A stretch of DNA of 64,000 nucleotides, taken from assembly GCA_036172245.1 (NCBI GenBank), contig JAYWIR010000007.1:5332001-5396000 (forward strand), given 5' to 3'. Below the pieces are notes generated by a model. The model searched no databases. It had not been told where the DNA came from and was given only the letters and a program-made list of their open reading frames with translations. This stretch comes from Raillietiella orientalis. Taxonomy: Eukaryota. The translations under genes were made by a program, and so were the position numbers. Below, in pieces: positions 48,358-61,765 of this stretch; the first letter of the stretch is position 1, and every line of letters begins with the position of its first letter.

Positions 48358-50348
48358 GTGCTCTGAAACGGCCGGCACGTGTACGGTGTGCCAGTGCGCC
48401 GCGGCATCCGGCAAGGGGACAGCCTGAGCCCCTTGCTCTTCAGCATCTACTTCGAGTTGGTGCTGAGAGCATACAGGGTAACTATAGCAACCATGCCGAG
48501 CTCGTGTGCCGGCACGCCTGCCGTGTCGGCCTATGCAGACGATCTTCTGCTACTGCTTCCCGGGTCCACCCCGGCGAGTGCGCTCGAAGACTTCGAGTTG
48601 ATACGCCGCGGGACGGGCTTGGAGGTGAACAGAGTGAAGTCGTCCATCGTCTATGTCGGCTCGGCGAGGGCTGGACGGACGGACTGGATCCGCCTGAGGA
48701 TCCCCACGGGCAGGTGCTTCAATTACCTTGGCGTTCCGTTGGGGGACTTCTGCATGACAGAAGGCTGGTCCGACCGTCTCTAAAAGGCATCGTTGGCGAT
48801 AGGTCCGTTCCACGAAGGCAAGTTTTACTTGCTGGAACGGGCCGCGGTGTGGAACGCGTTTGCGGTCCCCCTCCTCCGCTCCCTGCTTTTTGTTTGTCCT
48901 GCCCCTTACTTTGTTAGAAAACGAGCAGCGGGCCTCCTGAGGACAGTCCTTTGGGGCAAAGGGAGGTCCCGTGTGCTGCTCAAAGACTTGTGCGCTCCAC
49001 GTAAGGACGGTGGACTTGGTCTACTTACGCTGGAGCGAATGGAACTGCAAATTAAATTTAGGACTCTCGCCTTTGCGGCAGAACTGTAAGGCACGCCCTG
49101 GTGCGTTCCAGCACGCCTCCTGGCCCAACGGATCCGGTTATGGCGGACTTTCGTCGTTTCTCTGGGCGCGCGACCGCAGACAGGCACACTGCGGTTTTCT
49201 CCTGCGGCGCATGGCTGTTGTGGTTCGCGAGAACGCCTGGATCTCCTGCCTCCCCGGGAACTTCTCTGCATGGCTGCACGAGTCAGTCTCCACGTGGGAG
49301 AAGATCAACGTTCCGGGGGGCACAAAGAACACTTGCCTGAAAGGGCACGCCCGCTGGACACTGCAGGAGATCATGTAGTCCCACGACCAGCTTCTGTGGG
49401 CTCTGATTACTTTCCTTGCCCCTGTGCTGCCCTTTCTTGTAAACTCTAGGGACAGCAGCGAGCAGGGGAAATGGACAGTGTCCTGCACTATTGACGGCAG
49501 GTCACAACTGATCAAGGCGTGAACATTTCGGCAGTTAGCGGACGCTGCGACGCCGAGTGTTCCGCCCAACGGAATTCGACGCTGGGGCGAGCTACTCGGA
49601 CTATCTCTGGAGGAGACAAAGTGGCCCCCCAGCGTCCTGGAACAGTGTATCCCTCCCCCTGAAATGGCAGGAGGTGGCGTTGCCTGTGATACATTGGGGT
49701 TTATCCTTTAAATCACGCCTACATCACTGCACACGGGGGGCTGTGGACTCCCAGTGCGACCAGTGCGGGGAAAAAGAGACATTCCTCCACCATCTGCTTG
49801 AGTGCAGTGCCATTCGCCCCTTATGGGATCGTCTTGCGGCGATTCTGGACATTCGCGGAGGCACTCCTATGAACGTTTTTAGGCGCCTCTTCTCCGTGAC
49901 GTCTTGTCCCCGTCCTCTTGTGTAGCAGTTCTATGTTGCATTTGAGGGATCGTGGCGGCTTGGTACGCGATAAGAAGGTGTGAGGCCAGCGGCAACGCCA
50001 TACATTGGACTCGCCTTTTTGTGCGGAGCATCTGCAGGTGGCGCCATTTGGGCGCAGATAGGACGCAGCTTGTGAGGATTCTGAACAGGATCTAGAGGCC
50101 CGCTCCACGCTCACAGTGACCTTTTCCCTTCCCTTCCACCCCTAAAACATTTGTTCGCTCCCCACCTTTGAACTTTTTGTTTGTTTTGTTTTTTATTTCC
50201 CACCTCCACGCGTCGGATACACCTCGACGGTTCCGCACCGGCACGAAGCAAGCTGTCTTGATGTGGTGAGCCAATGAGCTCGCCACAAGAAAATTCTTGT
50301 ATTTTTATTATTAAATAAATGCCCCAGCATATCCGGGTGAAAACACCA
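48358..50348 (+). mobile_element. 5'-truncated L1/Tx1-type LINE: RT domains 4-7, C-terminal CCHC finger and 3'UTR; inactivated by stops and frameshifts
   Basis: RRGIRQGDSLSPLLF, AYADDL, GLEVNRVKS, YLGVPL, LWG...LCAPRKDGGLG, CDQCGEKETFLHHLLEC; pyrimidine-rich 3'UTR and AATAAA at 50,314. Confidence 0.93.
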
Positions 50349-50519
50349 CTGTGCATTGACGTGGTAGTTCGTTCACAGAGACGTTTGCTCACTCCTCTCT
50401 AGTGACTCTGTGCAATATTTGGTGCGGTCGTAGCGATGATACGAAAAGCACTTCGTCTTCAGAGGGAAGATGTATGAGAAGGGTAGAATGTTTTCTTGAA
50501 CCCTGCCCATTTTTACAGT

Positions 50520-51260
50520 GACGGTCGAAACGATTCTTGCGATATTCTTGAGTTCAGCGGATGAACCTCTAGGAAAAAGAGGTGCAGCTCTACAGCTTCC
50601 AACGCAGGTTAGCACGATAATGGACTTCAATTTAAGCGAATGTCACGTGTACGGTGTTGCCGTACGCAGATTTATCAGGCAAGGCGACAGCTCAAACTCT
50701 CCTAGGAACTCGTGGTCCCTTACTTTTGAGCGGAAAACCTCCGTTTTCCCGGTTCGCTGGGAACAAATTGCTCAGCTGTTTCTGCCCTAGGGATTTCAGT
50801 GCAATCATGGGAGTCATCTGGTTTCCAGAGAAGTTTTCTCCCCGAACTGTTTCAGGTGCGGAGTGATGGTATCGCTCACTCACCTTTCGTTGGAGTGCAG
50901 TGCCTTCAAGGACGTGTGGCAGAGAATGCTATGTGGGTTTGCGGACCGCAAAAGGCTAAAGGGCTCTTGCTGAGGCGCATCTTCACAGAACGCGCAATGA
51001 GGAATGGCCTGCAATCACATCCGTCTGCAGCAGCTGCATCATAGCTACGACCCGCAACGTGTAAGAATCACGTTCGCGGCGAAGAGAGGACACCAGCATG
51101 GCAGCAGCAAGGTTGACTGACCTGCCAAATGAAATCGTCGGGAAGATCAACACGATCCACAGACGCTTTTAAAGAAGAAGGAATGTCATATAGGAAAAAC
51201 TCTTGTCCTAACTTCCTTTTATTGTGATTTATTTATTGTCTACTCTCTCCATTCCATTTT
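50520..51260 (+). mobile_element. Older, internally deleted LINE copy in tandem behind the previous one
   Basis: HVYGVAVRRFIRQGDS (~50,645-50,692) jumps to PVRWEQIA...CFRCGVMVSLTHLSLECSAFKDVW (~50,750-50,920), homologous to 48.4 kb and 49.65-49.83 kb. Confidence 0.75.
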
Positions 51261-52139
51261 TTTTGGAAACCTGTTTGTGTCATTCCCGATAAAGTTCTTC
51301 TTTATGGCCTTTCTTGTCTTTTCCTGGATATACATATTCTCCGAGACTTTTAGTTTGGTTTTGTATTTTGAACAAGATAATCGTCCCGGCATGAGCGAGT
51401 GAAATGCTCATCGATGCTCTCGAAGCGAGCGGACGCGCGTTTTTGTCTCTCTTTTCGCGCCAGCATGTGATCTGATTTTTCCTGCGAGTGCTGTCTTCTC
51501 CAACGTAAGGACTTGAAAACAAGGACATGGTGGTAGCTGTTTCTATCTTGCAGGTGGATGCCATAAAGTAACGAGTGGTCTTTTGGCCGGCGAGAACATT
51601 CGCCCAGGTGCCTGCCGTAGCGGCGGCGAGGAGAATTTGTCCCGTGACCCCTGAGCTGCAGGCTTACGTAGGAAATGGTCACATGCCTGCACTCAATTAT
51701 AAGGTAGGGCACCTTATTGCGGAAGGGGTTGGGAGTGAGTTCGACCGAGAACTCCAGCATATAGGAGTTCTGAAAGGCCAGTTGGACTCGCTCATCCCAA
51801 CGAGTGACAGCGGCCTCTGAAAAGGGTCGTGCAAAGACGCCCTCCTAACGCAGAATTTGCTGCACACCCTGCTAATCATTCATAGACGTGAGATACCCCC
51901 TCGGCAGCAGACCAGTCGTTCGTGATTCGGCTGAGTAGAATAGTAGAGCAAATGACGAACCACAGAGTCATTGCGGTTCTAGAAAGATTTGGCATCATCC
52001 ACTCACTTCGAAGGTTGATGAACCCCGCAATGTCTTACAAAGACATACATTGCAGGCTTGTTGAAGTGCGTGTTACTTTGCACTCGGGAGCGCCGCGACC
52101 ATTTTTCCACAAAGAGAACGAACTACCTGGAAGCCAAGT

Positions 52140-52490
52140 CCCCAAAGGATGGGCAAAAAGTTTCGAGGGGAGGGGTCCCTGACACGCAGGTGGGTCACAC
52201 CGAAGGTCCGGAACCGGGGGGAGGGGACCACAAATACATGTATGAAAAAATAGAAAAACAGACAGGATAAGTTGGTGACAGGGGTCATTGCGTTCGGCCG
52301 CACCTTGCTTTCAGAACGGCGTTGGATGCCGGAGACGTCGTACCACACTTCTTCCTTCCGATGAGTCCACCTGGCAGCCGTTCACGTGTCGGCTATTTTG
52401 GTGACCTCTTCAGGAACGCCGTGAGACTTCAACTGCCGGCAGGCCATGACGATAGGGCGGATGGAACTGATCGCTGCGACGTGCGTGCTG
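52140..52490 (-). mobile_element. Inverted LINE 3'-end fragment
   Basis: Reverse complement gives AAISSIRPIVMACRQLKSHGVPEEVTKIAD and the 3'UTR block ggttccggaccttcggtgtgacccacctgcgtgtcagggaccc, matching 11,620-11,930. Confidence 0.8.
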
Positions 52491-55400
52491 CTGTGGTAAA
52501 TCGCTCCGAGATGTCTACGCGGCCACAGAAGGTGGCAGCGACTGTCCGCCTGCGGCGCGTGGGACATCAGCGCGCCTAAGGGGAATGCGGTCAAGAGGGA
52601 CACCACATGATTGAGTGTTACTCGCATGCCGCTACTGCTAGGTGCACGCGCGCATGGAAGGACGTGCACCGAGCTCGCAATCAAACAGGAAAGAAAGAAA
52701 AAACGCACAACGCCGTAGGAAAAAAGCCGCCGTTTGAAAGCCACACATAAGGAAAGCGGCGAAGGGCAAACAGCGGAGGCTGCTAATCGCTGGTGGAATG
52801 CTCCAAAAAAAAAAAAAGTGCGAGAAAAAAGGGAGCACGTTGATGAGGAATGGCGCGTCTCCTCGGCTCCCCATCTTCGCGAGAACACCGATGCGACACG
52901 GAGATCTCACGATGAGTCTGATAAAACACGGCCGACCACACCCGAGGCAACGAGAGTCCGAGGATCGAGGTCGAGCAGGCAGAGTCTGCTTCGGAAGGAG
53001 GCTTTCAGCACGTCGTGAATCACTTTGCCATTTTTCACAATCCTACGGTTTCGCCATCAGTAGATTGCAGATTTCCTTGTGAAAGCGAGTTCACTAATTT
53101 CTTTTAAGTTTTGTAAGAATCATTCGCATATTGAATGTAAAAGGTCAGAAATGGAAATAAAGAACTGACTTTCAATCATCAGAATCCATACAATACAAGT
53201 GGGTTTGTACATTTTCAATCAGCTTTCCCTTGAAACATTCCATATATGGAAGGAAGCATACAGCATCCGTGTTTGGATCAAGCAGGCCGATTATCCTTCC
53301 TGCTTTGATTATTCTTCCTGCTTTGAAAAAGAGTGACTTTCGGAAAATGACTTGAGGGCACGAATCTCACGTTTGTGAAAACCTTACAGACGTCGTGAAT
53401 AAACGTCGATTCTATTAAGCTTCATTTTTACTACGGTAATTAGGATGAACCGTCAAGAAAAGCTGCTGACAGATGAACTCGATGCCTTCTGGAATTTGAG
53501 AAAACATTGCGCCACACTTATTCACCATTCGAACAGTTCTTGAGAAATGGCAAATTTTGCAATTTTTTATAATGTCCTTTGCTAATGACTTCGAAGTGTT
53601 TAGCTTAACTTGGATCTCTAACGCTGCTCTTAAGATGCTGTGATGTAGTCGTGTCCATTCCGAATTTTTCTGAATCCAAGCACAGTTGTTCCCTGGCATC
53701 TTCGGTAACTCCAGGTACACAATCGTAATACCAAGCTATTGCATGTATTTTTTATGAATGTATACGAATTAACTGTGTTCTTACAGTCATTTTTGTAATC
53801 ATTTAGTGTTTCTTAAAACATGAACTTTGAAATCCAAAAAAAACAGATATTTATGCGATTTCGACTCGGAAGGGTGAAGCCGATGATTTTTGGGGGGTTT
53901 TGCTTTGACAATTTCTGGCCAAACGTGCTGTATGTAAAAGAATTTGCAAAAATTGCAAACTGCTGCTGTGAATTAAGTGTGTTCTGCGCCCTGCCTACGA
54001 ATGATGGGCAGATACGGAGTATTTCAAGTCGATCTTTACCCCCCACTGCGATGGTGATTGCATTTGATTGTGAATGGAATGAATGTGCTCCCGACAGGGA
54101 ATGGTGACATCGAAAGTATTCTTTTTCTTATGGAATTCTCAGTGCTTTTTTCCCCTCTTTTATTCTTCTCGAGTAACCGCTTTTTTCTCTTTGCAAGAAA
54201 AATCTTTGGGTTTTTTTCCTTCTTTGCTACAAGAACGGAATGTTCTTTTGCTGAAAGTGAGTTTTCCGGTAGATTCTTTGATGGAAGACCTCATTTTAGA
54301 CCTCTCAGCACACCAACTGATGGACACAACGATCGGAGACGCGTAAGAAATTTACTCATGAATCTCTGTCATCTGCACGAAACATTCAAAGGAGATTTCA
54401 GATTCATCCTTTGCAGTTATTTGGTAATTATCATTTGGTTATTTTGGAAGAATGCTTTTGACAACAAGTTTAAAGTTCATTTAAACAGAATGTCGGGATA
54501 CCAACGCAAACACCAAAATGATAGAATACTGTCACTTAAAATTCTGTATACCATTCAACAAGAGATTTCTTGTTTTAAAAGAATTCAAAATTTGGGATTT
54601 AATGCCCGATTCCTGACAAATGAAGAATTTTTCGTTTTTTATGGTTTTGTGTGTAAACCAAAAATTTGTGCCTTTAATTGCTATGTCGCAAAACAAAAGT
54701 CACTAAGGACTCTAAAATGCTCTTCAGAAAAAAAAAAAAACATTCTATTTATCCCAAGTCCCACAAGGGGTGGGGTGAATTTATTTTTCCTTTTGCATTC
54801 ACACTATAATCTCATTCCTACAAATTTCACAAGAAGGGCACTGCACTTCGGTGGTGTTCACTTGAAGTCAACTTCTTTAAGTCTCTGAAAAATTCCCTGC
54901 ATGGAAATGCCTGGGTGTCGTCTGAGTCTGGATGCTGCGTTCAATCCTCCTCAGGAGTTGACGGGAGTTCCAGCCCTGCACTCTTCTGCAGTTTGCGACG
55001 CCGATCTCCTTCTGGGTCAGCCCTTTCAGGATGTTCATCGGAGATACGGCAGTCCTGGTGGTCTTCGTGTTCCACCACCCCACAAAATTCTATACTACCC
55101 CTAGTTGGGAAATGCAGAATTACTGTAATTAGTATTGCAATTAAAGCGTTGTTCAATTTGTTCTACTTTGAACTGAGACTCACTTCGTCTTGTTCCGAGC
55201 TCACGAGTGCGTAATGTTCACATTCTCAGGAGAAATATACAGCTTCTGTCAACGCAAGTGAACACAGCCAGCTACCTGGTTTCCCATAAGTGCTGTGAAA
55301 GGTACACCATAATCCACCAAAAGTCTTCATAAATCGTCATATTTCGTCCCTTCACTTCATAGGATACAATCATAGTGAAACAAGAAGATGTTTAGAGTAA

Positions 55401-58400
55401 GGTGGTCTGCAGCTGATTCGAAAGCAAGAAAAGTGGACAATATGAGAACTGAAAAAAGATCATACCCAGAGTACCCACAGTATGTGAATTAGGCGGAGCT
55501 ACACATAGTGCACCATGAAATCATGGATCTCACTACTGTGAAATTTCCTATAGGGAGATCCACAGTAGTGATTTTATTACCTGATCTTTCTTTGAAAACA
55601 GGTGCATCTGTGAGAATTGAGTTTTCAACAGAATTTATTTAAAAAAATCCCATAAGAATTCAGGAGAAATAATTTCGGGTGAAACTTCGCATCGGAACTT
55701 TCCTTTGAACCTGAACACGCGGTTCGCAGATTTCTGTATGACCACAGCGCCATCTCTTCTGGAATGCACGATTTGCAGGGTCAGCAGCAGAACCAGAAAA
55801 CGGTCACGGAAGAAGTTTCCTGCTGAATGCCACAGTAGTCTTCAATTGGAGGTGAAACTGCAGATGGTTTTGAGTAGGCACCGATATCGATCACTTCTTT
55901 TGCTAATACTCATAGAAGCGGGAAAATCGTTGTGGATTTCCGATTTTCGGTCTTCACTCAGTTTCATGGGGGCTCACTGCGGACAACTTTGCAAAGCAGG
56001 CTGTTGAAGCACAGTGAGCAAATGTGTACGGACTTGTTCCAGGTTTTCTATGTGTGACCGGTCTCAAGGTTCTGGCTTTTTCGTGCTACTTGCAACCTGG
56101 ATTCCAGAAGCATTCCATCATCCACTTGCAAGATGTGACCGACCATTCATACTATTCTTCGAAGTTTGCTTTAATGCCTCTCTCGCAATCTTTGTCTATT
56201 CTGGAGGCATTCCGCATCAGCTATCTGTGCCTCATCAGTCCAAGCGGCGCAGTAGTCATCATGCTAGTGAAATTGTAGTGTATTATGTATTCTTGTTTTC
56301 CTGTCAGTGTGCTTAGGGTGCAACCTTTACGAAATTACGGGAATAAGTAGCAAGCTCTGTGGGAAGCCATTTTTCCGCTGTTTGCAAAAAAAAAACTGGC
56401 TTCTTTCCAGTTAGTAGGAATCTACATTTCCCTGTGCTCTGTAAATCTTGCGAGGCAGTGACATAACTATCCATAGTGAATCTTTGGAAATTTCATTCTG
56501 CCCGTTTCAGTTGCTTACACTACTTTTTGAGGCGCTGCATCATTTTTTTCGAATGGAAGTGTACCGTCTTAGAATACGTGCTGGTAACCAACTTTGCTGT
56601 CTTTTCTTCTTCTTCTCGAGTCTTAAATGCGGCAAGAATTCCTCTGAATGAGGATACACTTCGCTGATCCCACGGCTTTTTTTTCCAGCAACTGGTGAAA
56701 TTCAGTCGGGTCATCATGCTTCCATTTTTATATCGTATTCGAAGCTCTGTATAGCAACCCTACTATAAGTTGTGCAGTTTTCTCATGATCACTGGATCAT
56801 GGTCTGGAATTTGGTTGTCATGAGGAAACTCGAACAGTGGTACCTCTTCTATGACTGAGTTGACCCTTTTCAATTTTTGATCGGGGTTCATGAAGATTTG
56901 CCATATTCATAGAACTGAGTCCTTATTTTGCTATAGTGCTCGCCAAAAAATTTTGCAGCTGTCGATGAACTGTTCCCTTTTCTTTTACTTTCCAGCTCCT
57001 GAATGGCTGTTCCGTTATAAAGGTGGTATTTTCATTCTGCATTTATAATGCATGGTATAATTTTGTGCATAAACTATGGCAATTAATGATCTGCAAGAGT
57101 TCGTCTCATGGGCATTTCCTGCATATCGAATATTAAAGCAATCTACATTGAAGCGATCTAATGCGCTTGTTTGTAAGAATTTCTGTTGCCAGTTTGACTT
57201 ATTTCAATTTCGAAATTATTGATTAACAAATGGTAATTTGCTCGGCTCTGCACTTTCGTAACAAAATATTCTACCTAAATGCAGCTGATAGACTACAGAG
57301 CTTTTTGCAAACTATTGGTACCATAAATTCAATCAGTTGCTTCCAGGAGCTCGTCTCGCAATTGTCTGCTTGCCTGCTTTTGTTCGCAAATTAAGAATGA
57401 CCTTTCGCATATGCAAGTAGGTTCAGGGTCCATGCTTTTTGAAACGGGTGGTGACAGCAAAAGATTCATGAGCCCCATTACTTCACCGCAAAGACTACTA
57501 GCAATTTCAGATAGCGTAACAGACGTATGCTGCTTGGCAGACGGCACCCAAACTTTTTATCATACAACAAATTTGGCTCTGCATTCGTCTATAGATTCCA
57601 GAGCGCATCATCTTCCTCTGCACCTTTCATGAGACGATCTTATTCAGCTACTTGAGATGTCTTGAAGTTGGAATGAGCTGCACTTCTTTCCTCTAGCAGG
57701 TTCACTGTGTAACCCTTCACATTCCGCAATCACATGAACTCCTTGTTCTTGAGTAATTTCATTTCCTCATATCAGTGTATCAGAACATCTCATTAGTATT
57801 CCTCCTGATGTTTCTAAGAGTTCTTAAAAATGGCTACTCTTAGGCTGAGCAGCTGACTCACTTTAGAAGGCTCCTTCGTATCAAAGAAAGCGAGACACCC
57901 GTGAAAGGGTTTCAATGTGATCAAGAAAGTCAAGGCAGATTGCAGCCCAATTCTCTTACACACCAAAACAGATCTAATTGATAAGAGCAATTATTCGAAT
58001 TTTAGAAATGCCTAAATAAGGATCCTGAATCACGATCATCATCTTTCCAGTTGCTACAAGACGCATACTGGAACGAATTACGACTCCCAAAGAGTTTTTT
58101 GGTAGAACAGGAAATTCCCAGGAACTCATTTCCTGTTACTAAAGTGCGTGATTTAATAACAAAGTCTTTGGATCACATAAAAATCACGCTTTTCTTAAAA
58201 TCTGCAGTGCGTCAATACATAACATTACAATAATTAAATGAAGCGATTGGTGCTTATGCTCAATACGTTTCAGGGGCTTCCATCCATAAAACCAGTGTTT
58301 CCTCATCTTCGTCAGAGTGACCTAAGTAACCTTAGAAGAAAGAGAACTGGACTCATTCTTCATCGAAGAAAAAGCTGATTTTGCACAATATCAAGTGAAG

Positions 58401-59951
58401 AAGCGGCTCCCAGGAAGTGTGTTTCCCGGGTTTCCAAATTCAGAAAGCAACATTTCTGTAGATTTAACGTAATTACTAATTTGGACAGAAGTGTTTAATT
58501 GTGGAGAATCATAATGCGTTCCTTATTAAAAATATTCCAGTCATTACAAAAACGTTTACTGTAACCGATTGAATCCTTTAGTTCTCGTGCAGACTCATTT
58601 GTAGGAATGCAATAAGGAGGAAGGAAAATTTTTTTTCACCAACATTACAGTGCATATTTCTCAGAGACCTTTAACACAAGAGAATTTCCTACAGCTTTGA
58701 AATAGAATTCATTAGTGCACTGACAGCATCTATAGCATAGGATACATTCCATTAATCATCCTGACATGTTCAGATGAACAGATGGGCAGTTTTGGATTTT
58801 TGTTCCTTCTTGAATCTACATTCTGAAAGTAGAAACCACTTTCCGATGCCAATAAAATGGTCGATTTCAGTCCAATTATCTTCTGCGGCTGATGGCGAAC
58901 CTTTGAGGGTCTGGGAATGTAGCCGCACCCATAGGACGTTGGTTAGGTTGTTGGAAAGGGTAGCGTAATCCCGCATGTCTGCGTACCCTAGTCCACTTCT
59001 CCCAGTGTTTCCATCATTCATTACCTTACATTTTAATTTCCCATCGCAACACATGTAATACCGCGCCTGCGGCTACACTTGCGTAGCAACCTTGTCGTAG
59101 GCTGGAAGAACGGAAGGGAAGCTTTGCCAGACAGACGGTTCCTTCAGTCCAGACAGGGAGCTCCTAGCTCAGTCTTCAGGGCTGTAGGCAAACAGCAACG
59201 TCACCAATTTCCTGAAAATACTTTTCTTCAAGAGTATATAGGGGCCGCCTCACAAGTTCGATATCATCATTCATGAATGAAACGCTGAGAATACGTGGAT
59301 GCTTTTCTTTATGATTAAAACTCCTCCTTTATGAGAATTGTCGTATGAATGGTGATTTCATCGACGGTGGCGTTTCTTGCAAGTACAGAAGAGCGTTTTC
59401 ACGCATCTTGTCACCCCATCGTGCTGCACTGAGTGTTTGTAAGAGAATGGAAAAAGATGTATAAACATAAAAGTGTTGCGATCAAGGTTTATTTGGAAGT
59501 GTTCAACTGAAGAATATATACTCCCTTAAGTCCTGTTTCGGCGTTGTTGCTGGCACTCTCAGGTTTGGCTGGTGTTCTCATTGCGTTGACAACCGTTGGC
59601 AATTGGTATCTGATCTTTTCGATATCCTCCTCCTTGAACATACGTTGAGCGCCTTTTAGTTATCAGATCTGAGTGGCAAATGAGATATAGTTACACGAAT
59701 GTAAATGGCATTTTGCCTCACCACCTACCGGTTGAAAGTGAACCTCGCTAGGTAAGAGATGAAGATGAAGTGTTGAAAGACTGTGCTGAAGTTGAATGCG
59801 TCAATACCCCCAAATCTCTACCCTTGCACTCAAACCCAAGTCTCGAAACGCGCGGACGTGCTTTGCTGCGCTCCTCGCTTGTACTGTTTGAGTCCGTCTT
59901 TGTGAGCACTGTTTCGTTTCCTTGTGGTAACTGGAACCGGCTCATTCTTCC

Positions 59952-61350
59952 ATGGAGTGTGGGGAACGTTTACTACGGATTCCTAGTCTGCCGGACGCCT
60001 CACTGCCGGAGAGACTTCCCACCATCGTGAAGACAGAGCCAGCCGAAGGCGCGCCTGCAGACGTGGCAGAGTCGCAAGCATACGTTGCCCAAGGCTACAA
60101 GCCTGTGCTCTGCTACAAGGTAAGTACCTTGGTTCCAGAGCAGACGGGTGACCAGCTGTGGAGAGAGCTGGAACGGGTCGGGGTCCGCGAGAGCGATCTT
60201 CTGGCTTTGATGCCAGTGAACCAGCTTCGACATTGGGAGGTACACTGCAAGGATGCAGCCCTCGTCCAGCGCCTGCTTCAAACCCCGTTGACAGTCGATT
60301 GGCAGCAAGTCGTTCCTACTGTGATGGACCAGTCGATCGCACTCGAACTCTCGGCCATTCGGCCGGGAATCGCCAACCGCGATTTGATCAGCGCGCTGGA
60401 GGCGTTCGCCACCGTGCACGCGTTGTGGAGGCATGTCAACCCAGCGAAAGAGGTTCCGAACCTCCACTGCGGACTCGCCACCGCGCGAGTCACCATGAAT
60501 GACCGGTCTGAATTGCCTTCGCAAATGGAAATTCGTGACGCGGTCGTATTTATACGGTTGGTCGGCTAGAAGCCGGCATGCGGCAACCGCAGCAAAGAGA
60601 GCCACCGTCCGCGAAAGTGCCCCACGCGTAGTTGCCGTTACTGCAAAATGCTCGGCCACTTAATTAATCAGTGCGCCGAGCTGAGAAGTAAACGATGGGT
60701 GCCAAATCGCTCCGCAGATACGCCGTCCGCGTCGAATATTCCGGTCCAGTCGGTGGGCAAGAATTGCGGCGCGAGCGCGGTATGCTCGGAACGTGGCGCT
60801 GCCACGAAAGAACCCGCAGGCGTTTCAGCGGGCAGGGAACCGCGAAAGCTCGTGCCGAAGCGTGAACAGCCGCAACCCCCTGAGGAGAGGCCTGGCGCTA
60901 CGCTGCAGGCGAAGAGCGGTGTCATAAAGCCTGCGGCGCCGTGCGCGTCGGTCGCCGTCCCTGAACAAAACGGCCGCGGCACGCGCGGAAATTCTGCCGC
61001 GGCCGTCAATGAGGGACGAGCACCCCTCATCCCGCGGAAGGCCAAGTCGTCAATGGTGACCCGTTCCGCAGGTAAAGCTGCGAAAACTCGTTCGAGTTTA
61101 CGTCATTCCGACGCTTTGCGTTCACCTTCCGGTAAGGAGGAGCAAAATGCAAAGGAGGCGAGGGAGCTCCATTCCGCGATCGCGAAAGCGGAGCCTGTTG
61201 CGGAGACGGAAGGGCACTGCAGAGCATCCCTTGTCCAGCGAGGGAACTCCCGAGGATCGCGAAGCTGAATGGACCTTGGTGGGAAGCAGAAAAAAGTACG
61301 TATTCAAGAAGAAGAGGTCTTCTCGCTTCCCCACAAGATTGGTGGGGTAA
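59952..61350 (+). pseudogene. LINE ORF1 (Tx1/ZCCHC3-like: RRM-like region, two CCHC knuckles, basic low-complexity tail)
   Basis: One frame across a TAG at 60,567-60,569. Knuckles CGNRSKESHRPRKC (mutated) and CRYCKMLGHLINQC (intact CX2CX4HX4C). EWTLVGSRKK follows a frameshift; the 3' end is approximate. Confidence 0.85.
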
Positions 61351-61765
61351 AAAGGCAGTCCCGCGGGCCAAAAAAGGCAACAGCCGCAGTCACGATCGGC
61401 CGACTCTTGAGGTCTTGAAAGAGGCTAAGGCAGAGGCGGCACGCACCGCCAATGCTGGAAGAGCATCGAGCTGCCAGCAGGCAAAAAAGCAGGCCAAACG
61501 CCTGTGTCGTGTGCGGCGCGACATTCCGACTCCGATGAGGACAAAGTGCGCAAAAGTGCGCGAAAGCCCGGTACTACCTGGACAGACGCGAAGCCAAATT
61601 TTCCAGGCGTAAGTCTGATGGTGGGAACGGTTCCCGATGCTCGGAGCCCGAGGCAATGCTCCTCGACACCCCGTGCGGCGCGGCGGAGGCAGGGGGCGGT
61701 TGTGCTCCCCAATCTGCCACGCTCTCGGTTGATGCCTCGCCGAACGGAGCGAGGAACGCGCCGCC

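Noticed and set aside
54058..54888. 276-aa plus-strand ORF
   Set aside because: Non-ATG start, Phe-rich from T-runs, no recognisable domain.
55530..55571. 11-bp inverted repeat (tcactactgtg/cacagtagtga)
   Set aside because: Isolated and too short for a pre-miRNA or MITE; no supporting context.
59770..59951. HDV-like ribozyme in the LINE 5'UTR
   Set aside because: I could not build the nested double-pseudoknot pairing by eye.
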